From: Desulfobacterales bacterium
GTDB lineage: Bacteria; Desulfobacterota; Desulfobacteria; Desulfobacterales; ETH-SRB1
Direction: 5' to 3'
Assembly: GCA_030611985.1 (NCBI GenBank)
Contig: JAUWOS010000003.1
Coordinates: forward strand, 1-41,703
Length of the DNA: 41,703 nucleotides
Shown: in pieces, positions 28,433 through 38,373 of the stretch
How the letters are laid out: every line of letters begins with the position of its first letter
How positions within the stretch are numbered: the first letter of the stretch is position 1
Position numbers and translations under genes: made by a program
The notes under the pieces: model-generated
The model's input: only the letters and a program-made list of their open reading frames with translations
The model's database searches: none
Told to the model about the DNA's origin: nothing

Positions 28433-28790
28433 AAACATACTCCCATTCAGTACCTGCCGGAAAACACAGCGCAAATCTATTTTGATTTTGAACAACTCTC
28501 TGACGGCCAGCGCGTAATGATTGTTCTTTACTCGCTCCTGCTTGGTTTGCAGGACATGGGGCATACCGTCTTTATCGACGAACCGGAAAACTATGTTTCC
28601 TTGCCGGAAATCCAACCCTGGCTGATGGAACTTAACGATGCCTGTGGGGACGGCTTCCCTCAAGCTGTGCTTATCAGCCATCATCCCGAACTGATCGATT
28701 ATTTTGGCCCCGAAAGCGGGAAGTGGCTCGAAAGGGATCCCCTCGGCCCAACCCGCATCAAAAAGCTGCCGGAAAAGATTGAAAAAGGAC
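28433..28790 (+). pseudogene. C-terminal fragment of an ABC/AAA_21-type ATPase
   Basis: In-frame FEQLSDGQR (ABC signature), VFIDEPEN (Walker B), LISHHP (H-loop); no Walker A, in-frame stop at 28430. Confidence 0.75.
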
Positions 28791-28794
28791 TTGG

Positions 28795-29107
28795 AAATCA
28801 CCTAACCGCACAGCTCGCAAAATTGGGAGTTGCCGCTATTATAGCTTTATGCACAGCTCTGCTCAAGAAAAGTATACGCGGTGGACTCATTATTGTAGGC
28901 GAGATTAATCTTGGCGGTTCAATCGAGGAGATTCACAATTCGGTAACTATGGCTGAGATAGCCGTCGAAAAAGGAGCAACCGCCCTGCTGATGCCCATTA
29001 CCTGCCGTCGTCAGCTCTTTGATCTTTCAGATGATATGGCCACAAAGGTGGATATCCAGTTTTATTCAGATGCCCAGGATGCATTATTGAAATCAATTTT
29101 GGAATAG
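28795..29107 (+). pseudogene. C-terminal fragment of a BrxL-like (BREX Lon-related) protein, fused in frame to the ATPase fragment
   Basis: GVAAIIALCTALL, IIVGEINLGGSI, AVEKGATALLMP, FYSDAQDALLK resemble the Lon-like C-terminal domain of BrxL. Confidence 0.7.
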
Positions 29108-29170
29108 TGGATGTGATTACTGCTAATTGCCTATTGCAAAGACAATTAAAATTTGTAAAGATGTGAGTGT

Positions 29171-29205
29171 CAAAAGGGTTGCTTCAATAACGGGCGGCCC
29201 TTTTG
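29171..29205. terminator. Possible bidirectional terminator
   Basis: CAAAAGGGTTGC...GCGGCCCTTTTG inverted repeat. Confidence 0.45.
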
Positions 29206-29249
29206 ATTTTTCCATCTTGTGTCCGTCAAATTACAAGATGGAGGTGTAG

Positions 29250-29410
29250 CATGGGAATGATCTACAAACGTGGGAATACCTGGTGGATAAGGAAGTTGCA
29301 TCCCTTACCATATCGTGAGCGATGCCGATTTGAGACTTGCGGCTCAGTGTCAGCACGCCTACCTGGAATCGCAGTTGGGCACAAATCCGGGCACAATCGC
29401 CGATTTTGAC
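29250..29410 (+). pseudogene. Tyrosine integrase remnant with nearly all of the interior deleted
   Basis: GGAGGT RBS then MGMIYKRGNTWWI (arm-binding N-terminus style); ends YLESQLGTNPGTI with GGGCACAA direct repeats next to the tRNA-Arg 3' end. Confidence 0.55.
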
Positions 29411-29411
29411 G

Positions 29412-29446
29412 CAAAAAAGGGGCAACCCAAAGTGGGTTAACCCCTT
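29412..29446 (-). terminator. Intrinsic terminator after tRNA-Arg
   Basis: Minus strand AAGGGGTTAACCCA-CTT-TGGGTTGCCCC-TTTTTT. Confidence 0.7.
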
Positions 29447-29454
29447 GTTTTTAT

Positions 29455-29531
<77 letters not shown>

Positions 29532-29550
29532 AAGTGAAATTTAATATGAG

Positions 29551-29579
29551 TAAATAAGTCATTCTGCCAATCATGTCAA
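29551..29579 (-). promoter_or_regulatory. Putative sigma70 promoter for tRNA-Arg
   Basis: TTGACA (29579-29574)-N17-TATTTA. Confidence 0.5.
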
Positions 29580-29587
29580 TAATAAGT

Positions 29588-29625
29588 TAATAAAAGTTTC
29601 CCAAACAACTTAACATTTTGTAATT
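29588..29625 (+). repeat. Family E end sequence
   Basis: TAATAAAAGTTTCCCAAACAACTTAACATTTTGTAATT, near-identical to the reverse complement of 33385-33422. Confidence 0.75.
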
Positions 29626-29637
29626 GTAATTGTTATA

Positions 29638-30681
29638 AATGCCTATTGACTTAGTTCATAATAATTTTTTAGTTTTTACTAATTGGGAATAAGTCATTGT
29701 TTCAGTTGATACACAAGCTTTTATAAGTCGATCAAAAAGTTCTCTTTCCCAAAAACGCCGATTAAATCTATAGCAAATTTCAGAGAGATATGATTGTAAA
29801 TGTTTTTCGGAGACGCCACGATGAGATCCTCTAATGACGGCCTTGGCATTGGAGATAACGCGATGAACCCAAGGCAAAAGCCTTCCAGCAGCTTTAGGAT
29901 CTTGGAGGACAACTTTATAATGGGACAAATTCTGCCCTTTAATCGCTTTTCCATAGGATCTCCAACCGTCAGTGCGAATAGCCTTCAGAAGATTTTTCCT
30001 TTCTTGGTTCATATGCCCGTAGCCAAGTCTCTCCAAAAAGTTTTCAATAGTTTTTGCAGAAGCATTGTCCACTACTCGCATATGCGCAAAACCAGGCCTT
30101 TCTTCTCCTTTCCGGTCCCGATAAAGGGATACTGCACACAAAACCGTGCTCTTCCGTTCACTCCCTCTGCCTTTCTTGCTACCTTTTGGTCCAAAAAACG
30201 ATTCATCCATTTCTACCAAACCAGCGAGGCTGTACCCAGCATCTCTATCAGCCATCGCCTTACGAACCTTATGGGCCATTAACCACGCAGTTTTGTAATC
30301 TCTGATTTCCAAAATACGCTGCATCTCAGATATCGAAACACCAACTTTGGCCATAGCCATATGATAGATAAGCCAATACCATTTGATCAAAGGTGTACGA
30401 GTTTTATGGAATATAGTTCCAGTTGTAAGACTAATTTTTGCCCGACACGATTTGCAATCCAAGATATTTCTCGTGCGGATAAACCACGCTTCAGTATGAT
30501 TACATCTGGAACATCTGAATCCATTAGGCCATCTCATTTCCCGAAGATGCTGAACGCACGCTTCTTCGGTAAAAAATTCCCTTTGGAATTCAAGCAAGCC
30601 ACGTTCCCTATATTTTTTCGCCATGGTTGTACCCCTGTGTTTAAGGGCACATTACTTTTATGAGCTAAATCAATAGGCATT
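29638..30681 (-). mobile_element. IS1595-family insertion sequence, 1044 bp
   Basis: 23-bp TIRs AATGCCTATTGACTTAGTTCATA / TATGAGCTAAATCAATAGGCATT (2 mismatches); 8-bp TSD TTGTTATA at 29630-29637 and 30682-30689. Confidence 0.93.
29656..30624 (-). CDS. IS1595-family DDE transposase
   Basis: RWPNGFRCSRC..CKSC zinc ribbon, GTIFHKT, YKTAW, VEMDE, IRTDGWRSY, HRGVSEKHLQSYLSEICYRFNRR. Confidence 0.95.
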   Translation of the reverse strand: MAKKYRERGLLEFQREFFTEEACVQHLREMRWPNGFRCSRCNHTEAWFIRTRNILDCKSCRAKISLTTGTIFHKTRTPLIKWYWLIYHMAMAKVGVSISEMQRILEIRDYKTAWLMAHKVRKAMADRDAGYSLAGLVEMDESFFGPKGSKKGRGSERKSTVLCAVSLYRDRKGEERPGFAHMRVVDNASAKTIENFLERLGYGHMNQERKNLLKAIRTDGWRSYGKAIKGQNLSHYKVVLQDPKAAGRLLPWVHRVISNAKAVIRGSHRGVSEKHLQSYLSEICYRFNRRFWERELFDRLIKACVSTETMTYSQLVKTKKLL

Positions 30682-30783
30682 TTGTTATATTTATGTTCCC
30701 GTTAAAACATTAATATACAAGTTTTAATGCAAAACTCAAAACCAAAAACTCAAAACTGTTCCTAAGACACAAAATAGCTATAA

Positions 30784-31248
30784 ATGAACGAAAATCACAC
30801 AAAATTAATGAAGCTGGCATTAAATGAAGCCGCAAAAGCTGCACAAAACGGTGAGGTTCCTGTGGGCGCCGTACTTGTTGCAGAATCAGGAAGTATCATT
30901 TCTTTAGCACACAACTTGACAATAAGTCTTACTGATCCTACGGCACATGCGGAAATATTAGCATTACGTAAGGCAGCTAAAAAATCTATGAACTACAGGT
31001 TGTTAAACACAACACTCTATGTTACGATTGAACCATGTATTATGTGTATGGGTGCAATTATACATGCTAGGATTTCAAGGGTTGTTTTTGGCGCAAAAGA
31101 TCCAAAATGGGGGGCTGCGGGCTCTTTGTATAATTTTCCGAATGATATCAAATTAAATCATCAACCGGAAATCATAAAAGGTGTATGTGAGAATGAGTGT
31201 AGAAAAATAATTCAGGATTTTTTCCGCACAAGGCGATTATTCAACTAA
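30784..31248 (+). CDS. tadA: tRNA adenosine(34) deaminase
   Basis: GEVPVGAV, DPTAHAEI, LYVTIEPCIMC, FGAKDPK. Confidence 0.93.
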   Translation: MNENHTKLMKLALNEAAKAAQNGEVPVGAVLVAESGSIISLAHNLTISLTDPTAHAEILALRKAAKKSMNYRLLNTTLYVTIEPCIMCMGAIIHARISRVVFGAKDPKWGAAGSLYNFPNDIKLNHQPEIIKGVCENECRKIIQDFFRTRRLFN

Positions 31249-31272
31249 TTACAAAGCGAAAAGGAGCGGTAA

Positions 31273-32559
<1,287 letters not shown>

Positions 32560-32605
32560 TGAGTATTCAAAGGTTTAGGGTTTAGGGGTTGCAGGTTTAT
32601 CTCAC

Positions 32606-32731
32606 AAGCCTGCTTCCCAACATGTAAGCTTTTACAGGTGCTGTAGATGTACGTTTTCAGGGTAATCAACTATAGTGTTGCTATGTTGGTTGCCTTGGAA
32701 ACGTGCATATGCAGTGCCTGTGAACGCTTAC
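32606..32731 (+). mobile_element. Family B MITE, left end missing
   Basis: CTTCCCAACATGTAAGCTTTTACAGG...CCTGTGAACGCTTAC matches 25039-25160. Confidence 0.88.
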
Positions 32732-32869
32732 GAAATTTCTTACAGAGGCACAGAGTGTAATTACATTAAAAAGTTTTTCTCTGTGTCCTTTGTGAGAGAT
32801 CATTGCCGTTTTGTTCCTCAAAAACCAAAAATTCAATTACTCGACCAATTGCCTTTTGGTAAATTTTGA

Positions 32870-32898
32870 TTGACAATTGGTGTATGATTTTCTAAAAG
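32870..32898 (+). promoter_or_regulatory. Putative sigma70 promoter for tRNA-Pro
   Basis: TTGACA (32870-32875)-N17-TAAAAG. Confidence 0.45.
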
Positions 32899-32907
32899 AA
32901 CCAAAGT

Positions 32908-32984
32908 CGGGACGTGGCTCAGCCTGGTAGAGCACAGCGTTCGGGACGCTGGGGTCGCTGGTTCAAATCCAGTCGTCCCGACCA
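32908..32984 (+). tRNA. tRNA-Pro(CGG)
   Basis: CGGGACGTGGCTCAGCCTGGTAGAGCACAGCGTT-CGG-GACGCTGGGGTCGCTGGTTCAAATCCAGTCGTCCCGACCA. Confidence 0.97.
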
Positions 32985-33124
32985 AATTCCCTCTGCATAT
33001 CCCCGAAACCTTTACAAAACTGCCATTTTGAGTCGCTTCACTGCAAGCCTTTTGAAGAATGGCTCCCACTACGAATTATAGTAAGAATCGCTATTGACAA
33101 ACTTATTTGTCCGTGTCTGTTCTC

Positions 33125-33260
33125 GCATATCTTACCGAGAAAGACGCGCATACCGGTGGTAAAGGCTTTAGTCCCAGGGTTGGAGCTGATAGCGGATTTT
33201 GACCGTTTCTCTCGTGTCAACCCGAGGCTCTTCTCCAAACTATTTACAGATCTCTCTTTT
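33125..33260 (+). pseudogene. Possible 3' remnant of a YcaO-family gene
   Basis: Translation IPVVKALVPGLELIADFDRFSRVNPRLF resembles the YcaO C-terminal IPVV..xVPGLE motif; no start, frames break on both sides. Confidence 0.45.
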
Positions 33261-33384
33261 ACAGCAAGAGGCAAAATGAAATCGACTCTGCCGGAAAAAG
33301 CAATGCTTCTGAAAAAAGTAAAGATTTAAGATTTAAGGGTGCCTGAACCTTAAACTTGTTACGCCTTCGGTGTGCTAATTTAAA

Positions 33385-33422
33385 AATTACAAAATGTTAA
33401 GTCATTTGGGAAACTTTTATTA
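33385..33422 (-). repeat. Family E end sequence just upstream of galE
   Basis: AATTACAAAATGTTAAGTCATTTGGGAAACTTTTATTA; AAGATTTAAGATTTAAG near 33321 is also shared with the 15224 copy. Confidence 0.75.
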
Positions 33423-33438
33423 TTAATAGGTTGTAAAT

Positions 33439-34428
33439 ATGAAAAATATTTTAATTGTAGGGGGAGCCGGCTATATCGGCTCTCATATGTGCAAATATCT
33501 GGCAAACAATGGTTACAATCCAATTGTTCTTGATAATCTTGTTTATGGACATAAAGAAGCTGTGAGATGGGGACCCCTTATTGAAGGCTCCATATCCGAT
33601 TCCAGATTGCTGAAGCAGATATTTTCAAAATATCAAATTGTTGCTGTAATGCATTTTGCGGCATTTTGTTATGTTGGCGAATCAATGACGGCGCCAGCCA
33701 AATATTACAGAAATAATGTTGCAGATACCATTAATCTGCTTGAAGTTATGGTTGAAAAAAATGTTTCCAGTTTTATATTTTCATCTTCCTGCGCCACTTA
33801 TGGAGAACCGGTTGAAATTCCTATCACGGAAAAGCACCCTCAAAATCCTATCAACCCCTATGGAAGAACCAAACTGATGGTTGAACAGATTCTGGACGAT
33901 TTCAAAAACGCCTATGGATTAGAATCTGTTTCTCTTCGTTATTTCAATGCAGCAGGTGCGGATCCCGATGGTGAAATAGGTGAAGATCACAAACCTGAAA
34001 CCCATCTTATTCCTTTGGTCCTTCAAACAGCTCTCGGTCAGAGAAAATCAATCAGTATATTTGGAGACGATTATCCGACAAAAGACGGAACCTGTATCCG
34101 GGATTATATTCATATCAATGATCTGGCTGATGCCCACTTCCTTGCTCTGAAAAGGCTTATAAATGGTCTACCTGGAGGGAAGTACAATTTAGGAAATGGA
34201 GATGGTTATTCTGTTGGAAAAGTGATTGAGACCGCCTGCAAAATTACTGGAAAACCGATCCCGATAAACATTGTAGAGAGACGGCCTGGCGATCCTGCAG
34301 TACTTGTCGGTTCAAGCAAAAAAGCCGCTGGAGAGTTGGGATGGAAACCCCGGTTTCCTGATCTTTATACAATCATCGAAACCGCCTGGAAATGGCATAG
34401 CAGATATCCTGAAGGTTACAAAGCTTAA
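33439..34428 (+). CDS. galE: UDP-glucose 4-epimerase
   Basis: GGAGYIGSH, HFAA, VGES, FSSSCATYG, NPYGRTK, LRYFNAAGA, DGTCIRDYIH, RRPGDP. Confidence 0.95.
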   Translation: MKNILIVGGAGYIGSHMCKYLANNGYNPIVLDNLVYGHKEAVRWGPLIEGSISDSRLLKQIFSKYQIVAVMHFAAFCYVGESMTAPAKYYRNNVADTINLLEVMVEKNVSSFIFSSSCATYGEPVEIPITEKHPQNPINPYGRTKLMVEQILDDFKNAYGLESVSLRYFNAAGADPDGEIGEDHKPETHLIPLVLQTALGQRKSISIFGDDYPTKDGTCIRDYIHINDLADAHFLALKRLINGLPGGKYNLGNGDGYSVGKVIETACKITGKPIPINIVERRPGDPAVLVGSSKKAAGELGWKPRFPDLYTIIETAWKWHSRYPEGYKA

Positions 34429-34575
34429 CGGACTTTTTTAGATAATTCATTTTATCATATAAATACAGCCATTTGTATAAGACAAAGCCTCGCAGAATGC
34501 ATTCTATAGCAGAATCTGGGAATAAATGACTTAGGCATAATTTTTTATGAAAACATCAAATTATCAGGATAATAA

Positions 34576-36000
34576 ATGTTGAACCACGAAGAAACGCAGA
34601 AACAACAATACTATCAATATCAGGAAGATGAGATTAATCTTATTGACTATTTACGTGTTATCTGGAAATGGAAGGTTTTTATAGCCCTTATAATTATTCT
34701 GTGTGCAGGAGCATCCACAGGACTGACACTTATCAAATATCCTGCACAACAAATAACAGAGTGTGTTATTTCTCTAAATTTTCCGGGTATAGAAAAACAC
34801 AAAAATCCGGATAATACGCTGTTCAGCAAAGATCAGATTATTACTCCCGCTATTTTAACAAGAGCAACCGCCTTTCTTCAAAAAAAAGACAAAAGTTTCT
34901 CCGAAGAAGATATAAGGGGAATGATAGCTATAGAAGCTGCAATACCGATAGAGATTCAAGAGAAGATGAAGAAGGCTGAAAAAAAGAAAGAATCGTATAC
35001 GTTTTACCCAAATCATTTTAGCTTAACCCTTGCCCTGGAGCAAGACAACATTTTTTCGATAAAAGAAAAAAATCGGATTTTGCTGTCAATAGTGGACGAA
35101 TACAGAAAAGACTTTGAGAAAACATATGGAGAAGAACCGTTGGTGGCAATTAAATTTCCTGCCGATTTTCTTGCAAATTCAGATTATCTTGATACAATAA
35201 GTACCTTTAAAATCAGAGTGAATAGCTTTATTGATTTTTTGGATTCCAAGATAGCAAAAGCCGGGTTTTTCAGGTCGCAGAAAACAGGCAGTTCATTTAT
35301 AGATATAAAAAATGATCTTGAATTGCTTAATAATATTACAATTTCCAAAATAGAGACGACCATTAAAACGTTAAAACTTGCCAAGAATAAAGAGCATCTT
35401 ATCAACTCATACAAACATAAAATAAGAATGATTGATGTTGAAAGAGAAAAGAAAGAAAAGGAGGCATCAATTGCCAGGAAACTGTTGAAAGATATGAGGC
35501 AACTGGAAAAATACGAGCCATCAAAGGGTGCGGTCAGCAAAAAAGGAGACACAAATCTGGTTCTTGATACTTCCTTTATCAAAGACTTGATTAAGGAAGA
35601 TTCTTCTTCACTTCTCTTAAAGACTGCTTTGCAGGCAGAAGTAATGGCAAAAAATCTGGAAGTTGATAAAAAATTCCTGGAAGAAGAAATTGTTTTTTTA
35701 AAGAAAACAGAAACAGGAACAGAAAATATTACCTTTGTTGAAACAAAACTAAAGAATATAAAGATTGAAATTATTGCCTTATCAAAGAGGGCAAACGATT
35801 TGAATATAGAATATCTTGGCAGGTTGATAAATAATGCTATTCAGGTTGCAAGGGATACTGAAACATATAAAGCAAGAGCTGTAAGCATGGAGAAGATCGT
35901 TCTGCTTACCAGTGTGGTCGCGTTATTCATGGCTGTTTTTATTGCTTTTTTTATCGAATATATAAAAAATGCCACAAATCAGACCAGAGAGACCGGATAG
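34576..36000 (+). CDS. Wzz-like polysaccharide chain-length determinant
   Basis: EDEINLIDYLRVIWKWK, N- and C-terminal TM helices flanking a large coiled-coil domain, AFFIEY tail. Confidence 0.75.
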   Translation: MLNHEETQKQQYYQYQEDEINLIDYLRVIWKWKVFIALIIILCAGASTGLTLIKYPAQQITECVISLNFPGIEKHKNPDNTLFSKDQIITPAILTRATAFLQKKDKSFSEEDIRGMIAIEAAIPIEIQEKMKKAEKKKESYTFYPNHFSLTLALEQDNIFSIKEKNRILLSIVDEYRKDFEKTYGEEPLVAIKFPADFLANSDYLDTISTFKIRVNSFIDFLDSKIAKAGFFRSQKTGSSFIDIKNDLELLNNITISKIETTIKTLKLAKNKEHLINSYKHKIRMIDVEREKKEKEASIARKLLKDMRQLEKYEPSKGAVSKKGDTNLVLDTSFIKDLIKEDSSSLLLKTALQAEVMAKNLEVDKKFLEEEIVFLKKTETGTENITFVETKLKNIKIEIIALSKRANDLNIEYLGRLINNAIQVARDTETYKARAVSMEKIVLLTSVVALFMAVFIAFFIEYIKNATNQTRETG

Positions 36001-36004
36001 TTTA

Positions 36005-36081
36005 GGAATGTGGACGAAATAACTTCAACAAGCAGGCGCATAGATTCAGGTAGGATTTGCTTGACCTGCCCGCAATGCCTG
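36005..36081 (+). repeat. Left part of a family A element joined to a family D end
   Basis: GGAATGTGGACGAAATAACTTCAACAAGCAGGCGCATAGATT..., then GACCTGCCCGCAATGCCTG, the reverse complement of the end of the 22289-22383 insert (one mismatch). Confidence 0.8.
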
Positions 36082-36085
36082 GCCG

Positions 36086-36250
36086 TTATTCTACCACCCA
36101 GACTGTACAGTTGCGCGCATGGTTGACGATCTTGCTGGAAACACTGCCAAAGAGAAATTCCTCACTCCGCGAAAGTCCATGCCTTCCTGCCACAATAGTT
36201 CCATATTCGGTCTCATCTCGTTCTGCAAGAATGCACTGTGTCATGGAAGG
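36086..36250 (-). pseudogene. C-terminal fragment of a universal stress protein
   Basis: YGTIVAGRHGLSRSEEFLFGSVSSKIVNHARNCTVWVVE is a typical USP ending; no room for the N-terminal part before alr. Confidence 0.75.
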
Positions 36251-36319
36251 GCAATGGCGCAAGACTGAACTGGCTGATACATTTTGAATTTTTGGTTTTG
36301 AATTTTCTGAGGTAACCTT

Positions 36320-37477
36320 TTGGATTCTCAACTTGTATGGGCGGAAGTCGATCTGAAGGCCATAGCTTGCAATATTCGTGAGTTACGGCGAATTACCAGT
36401 CCATATGCTCGTCTGATGGCGGTTGTAAAGGCCAATGCTTACGGGCACGGCCTTATAGAAATAACCCGGCAAGCCATACACAGCGGCGCAGAATTTCTTG
36501 GTGTGGCAAGAGCAAGTGAAGGAATTCAGCTTAGAAAAGCCGGCTTTGATGTGCCCGTTCTGATTTTTAGTTATACTTCTCCGGCAATGGCCGGAAAGCT
36601 TGTTGAATTTGATCTGACCCAAAGTATCTGCTCATACAAAACAGCCAAAGCGTTTTCTGCTGCTGCTCATTCACTTGGTAAAAAAATCAAGATACATATT
36701 AAAGTAGATACAGGTATGGGGAGACTCGGTTTGTTGCCCGACCGTCTCGGGTTGTTTAGCTCAGGCAAAGATACAATGAAAAATGCTGTAAATGAAGCGG
36801 AATCTATTGCATGTCTTTCCGGCCTGGAGCTGGAAGGCATATTTACTCACTTTGCTACTGCCGACAGTATGGATAAATCTTTTGCCGAAAATCAGTTTGA
36901 AGTGTTTATTGATTTTTTAAACCAGCTTCGCATTGCAGGTATGGAATTTCCTGTAAAACATGCTGCAAACAGTGCGGCTGTTATAGAAATGCCTGAAACC
37001 CATCTTGATATGGTGCGCGCCGGTATATCAATTTACGGCTTGTATCCCTCTAACGAAACAGACAAGAGCCGTATTGCGCTCAAACCTGCCATGGAGTTAA
37101 AAACCAGAATAATTCATTTAAAAAAAGTGCCGGCCGGTTTTAAGATCAGTTATGGCGCTACCTATGAGACCAGAAAGCCGACAACAATTGCTACAGTCTC
37201 TATCGGATATGCGGATGGATTTAACCGTCTGCTTTCTTCCAGAGGCTATATGCTGGTACGCGGACATAAAGCGCCGGTAGTGGGTCGTGTGTGTATGGAT
37301 TTGACAATGCTGGATGTGGGAGACATTCCGGATGTTGAACTGGAAGAAGAAGTTGTAGTTTTTGGCAAACAGGGTAGTTCATCTATAACTGTCGATGAAA
37401 TTGCCTCAAATCTTAATACGATCAATTATGAAGTCGTATCTACGATAACAGATCGTGTGCCAAGGCTTTATTTGTGA
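36320..37477 (+). CDS. alr: Alanine racemase
   Basis: AVVKANAYGHG, HIKVDTGMGRLG, FTHFATAD, HAANSA, ISYG, GYADG, VGRVCMD, TINYE. Confidence 0.97.
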   Translation: MDSQLVWAEVDLKAIACNIRELRRITSPYARLMAVVKANAYGHGLIEITRQAIHSGAEFLGVARASEGIQLRKAGFDVPVLIFSYTSPAMAGKLVEFDLTQSICSYKTAKAFSAAAHSLGKKIKIHIKVDTGMGRLGLLPDRLGLFSSGKDTMKNAVNEAESIACLSGLELEGIFTHFATADSMDKSFAENQFEVFIDFLNQLRIAGMEFPVKHAANSAAVIEMPETHLDMVRAGISIYGLYPSNETDKSRIALKPAMELKTRIIHLKKVPAGFKISYGATYETRKPTTIATVSIGYADGFNRLLSSRGYMLVRGHKAPVVGRVCMDLTMLDVGDIPDVELEEEVVVFGKQGSSSITVDEIASNLNTINYEVVSTITDRVPRLYL

Positions 37478-37508
37478 TAGAATTTTGACCTTTTGAAAGG
37501 AGCTTGAA

Positions 37509-38318
37509 ATGAACAAAAAAATACGTATCGGAGCTCTTGTATCAGGTGGCGGAACAAACCTTCAGGCCATAATAGATTCTTGTGAATCCGGAAAGATAGA
37601 TGGAAAAATAATATTTGTGGGATCCGACAATCCCGGCGCATTCGGTCTTAAAAGGGCAAAAAAGCATGGAATTTCTACTTTTTTTGTAAATTATACATCT
37701 ATTATACAAAATTTCAAAAAAGAGCCGGAAAAAATTATTCTTCCCGAAGATTTTGATATGAACGATTTGCTTTCAAAGCAGCATTTTTTTTCCGCAGATA
37801 TGCCCCATGAAAAAATAAAGTCTTTTATAATTACAAGAGCTGCTGCCGAAGCAAGACTGCTTGGTAAAATGAAACCCTACCAGTTCGATCTTCTGATATT
37901 AGCTGGTTTTATGAGAAATTTAAGTCCGTACTTTATTGACAGAGTCAATACTGTTCCGGGCGATCTTCGAATAATGAATATTCACCCCGCCCTGCTTCCC
38001 GCATTTCCAGGCACCGATGGCTATGGCGATACATTTCGATATGGATGCAAAGTTGGAGGCTGTACGGTACACTTTATTGATTATGGTGAAGATTCAGGAC
38101 CGATTATAGGTCAAAAAACATTCCGGATTCAGGAGAATGATACATTAGATACAATCAAGAAAAAAGGTTTAAAGATAGAGTGGGAGCTTTATCCGGAATG
38201 CATTCAATTGTTTGCGCATAGTCGGTTGGAAACCGTAAAAATATCACATACACTTAAAAATGGTAAAATACTGCAAAGAACCGTGGTAAAAATTGCGCAA
38301 CCGCAATCTGCCCACTGA
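37509..38318 (+). CDS. purN: Phosphoribosylglycinamide formyltransferase
   Basis: VSGGGTNLQAI, LAGFMR, MNIHPALLPAFPG, GCTVHF, DSGPII. Confidence 0.92.
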   Translation: MNKKIRIGALVSGGGTNLQAIIDSCESGKIDGKIIFVGSDNPGAFGLKRAKKHGISTFFVNYTSIIQNFKKEPEKIILPEDFDMNDLLSKQHFFSADMPHEKIKSFIITRAAAEARLLGKMKPYQFDLLILAGFMRNLSPYFIDRVNTVPGDLRIMNIHPALLPAFPGTDGYGDTFRYGCKVGGCTVHFIDYGEDSGPIIGQKTFRIQENDTLDTIKKKGLKIEWELYPECIQLFAHSRLETVKISHTLKNGKILQRTVVKIAQPQSAH

Positions 38319-38373
38319 TTTCCATAAGCGTCAAATTAATCTGCATTCAAGTTTAAACTTCAGCCAATTAACT

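Noticed and set aside
29638-30681. IS1595 as the mobiliser of family B (both have 8-bp TSDs)
   Set aside because: Terminal sequences are unrelated (AATGCC versus GTAA), and GTAA ends fit IS66 instead
32675-33274. Short ORFs 32675-32869, 32833-33069 and 33038-33274
   Set aside because: They lie in a family B copy, antisense to tRNA-Pro, or antisense to the probable YcaO remnant
33100-33320. Riboswitch or ncRNA upstream of galE
   Set aside because: No aptamer consensus recognised; a protein-like reading explains the higher GC; an Rfam scan would settle it
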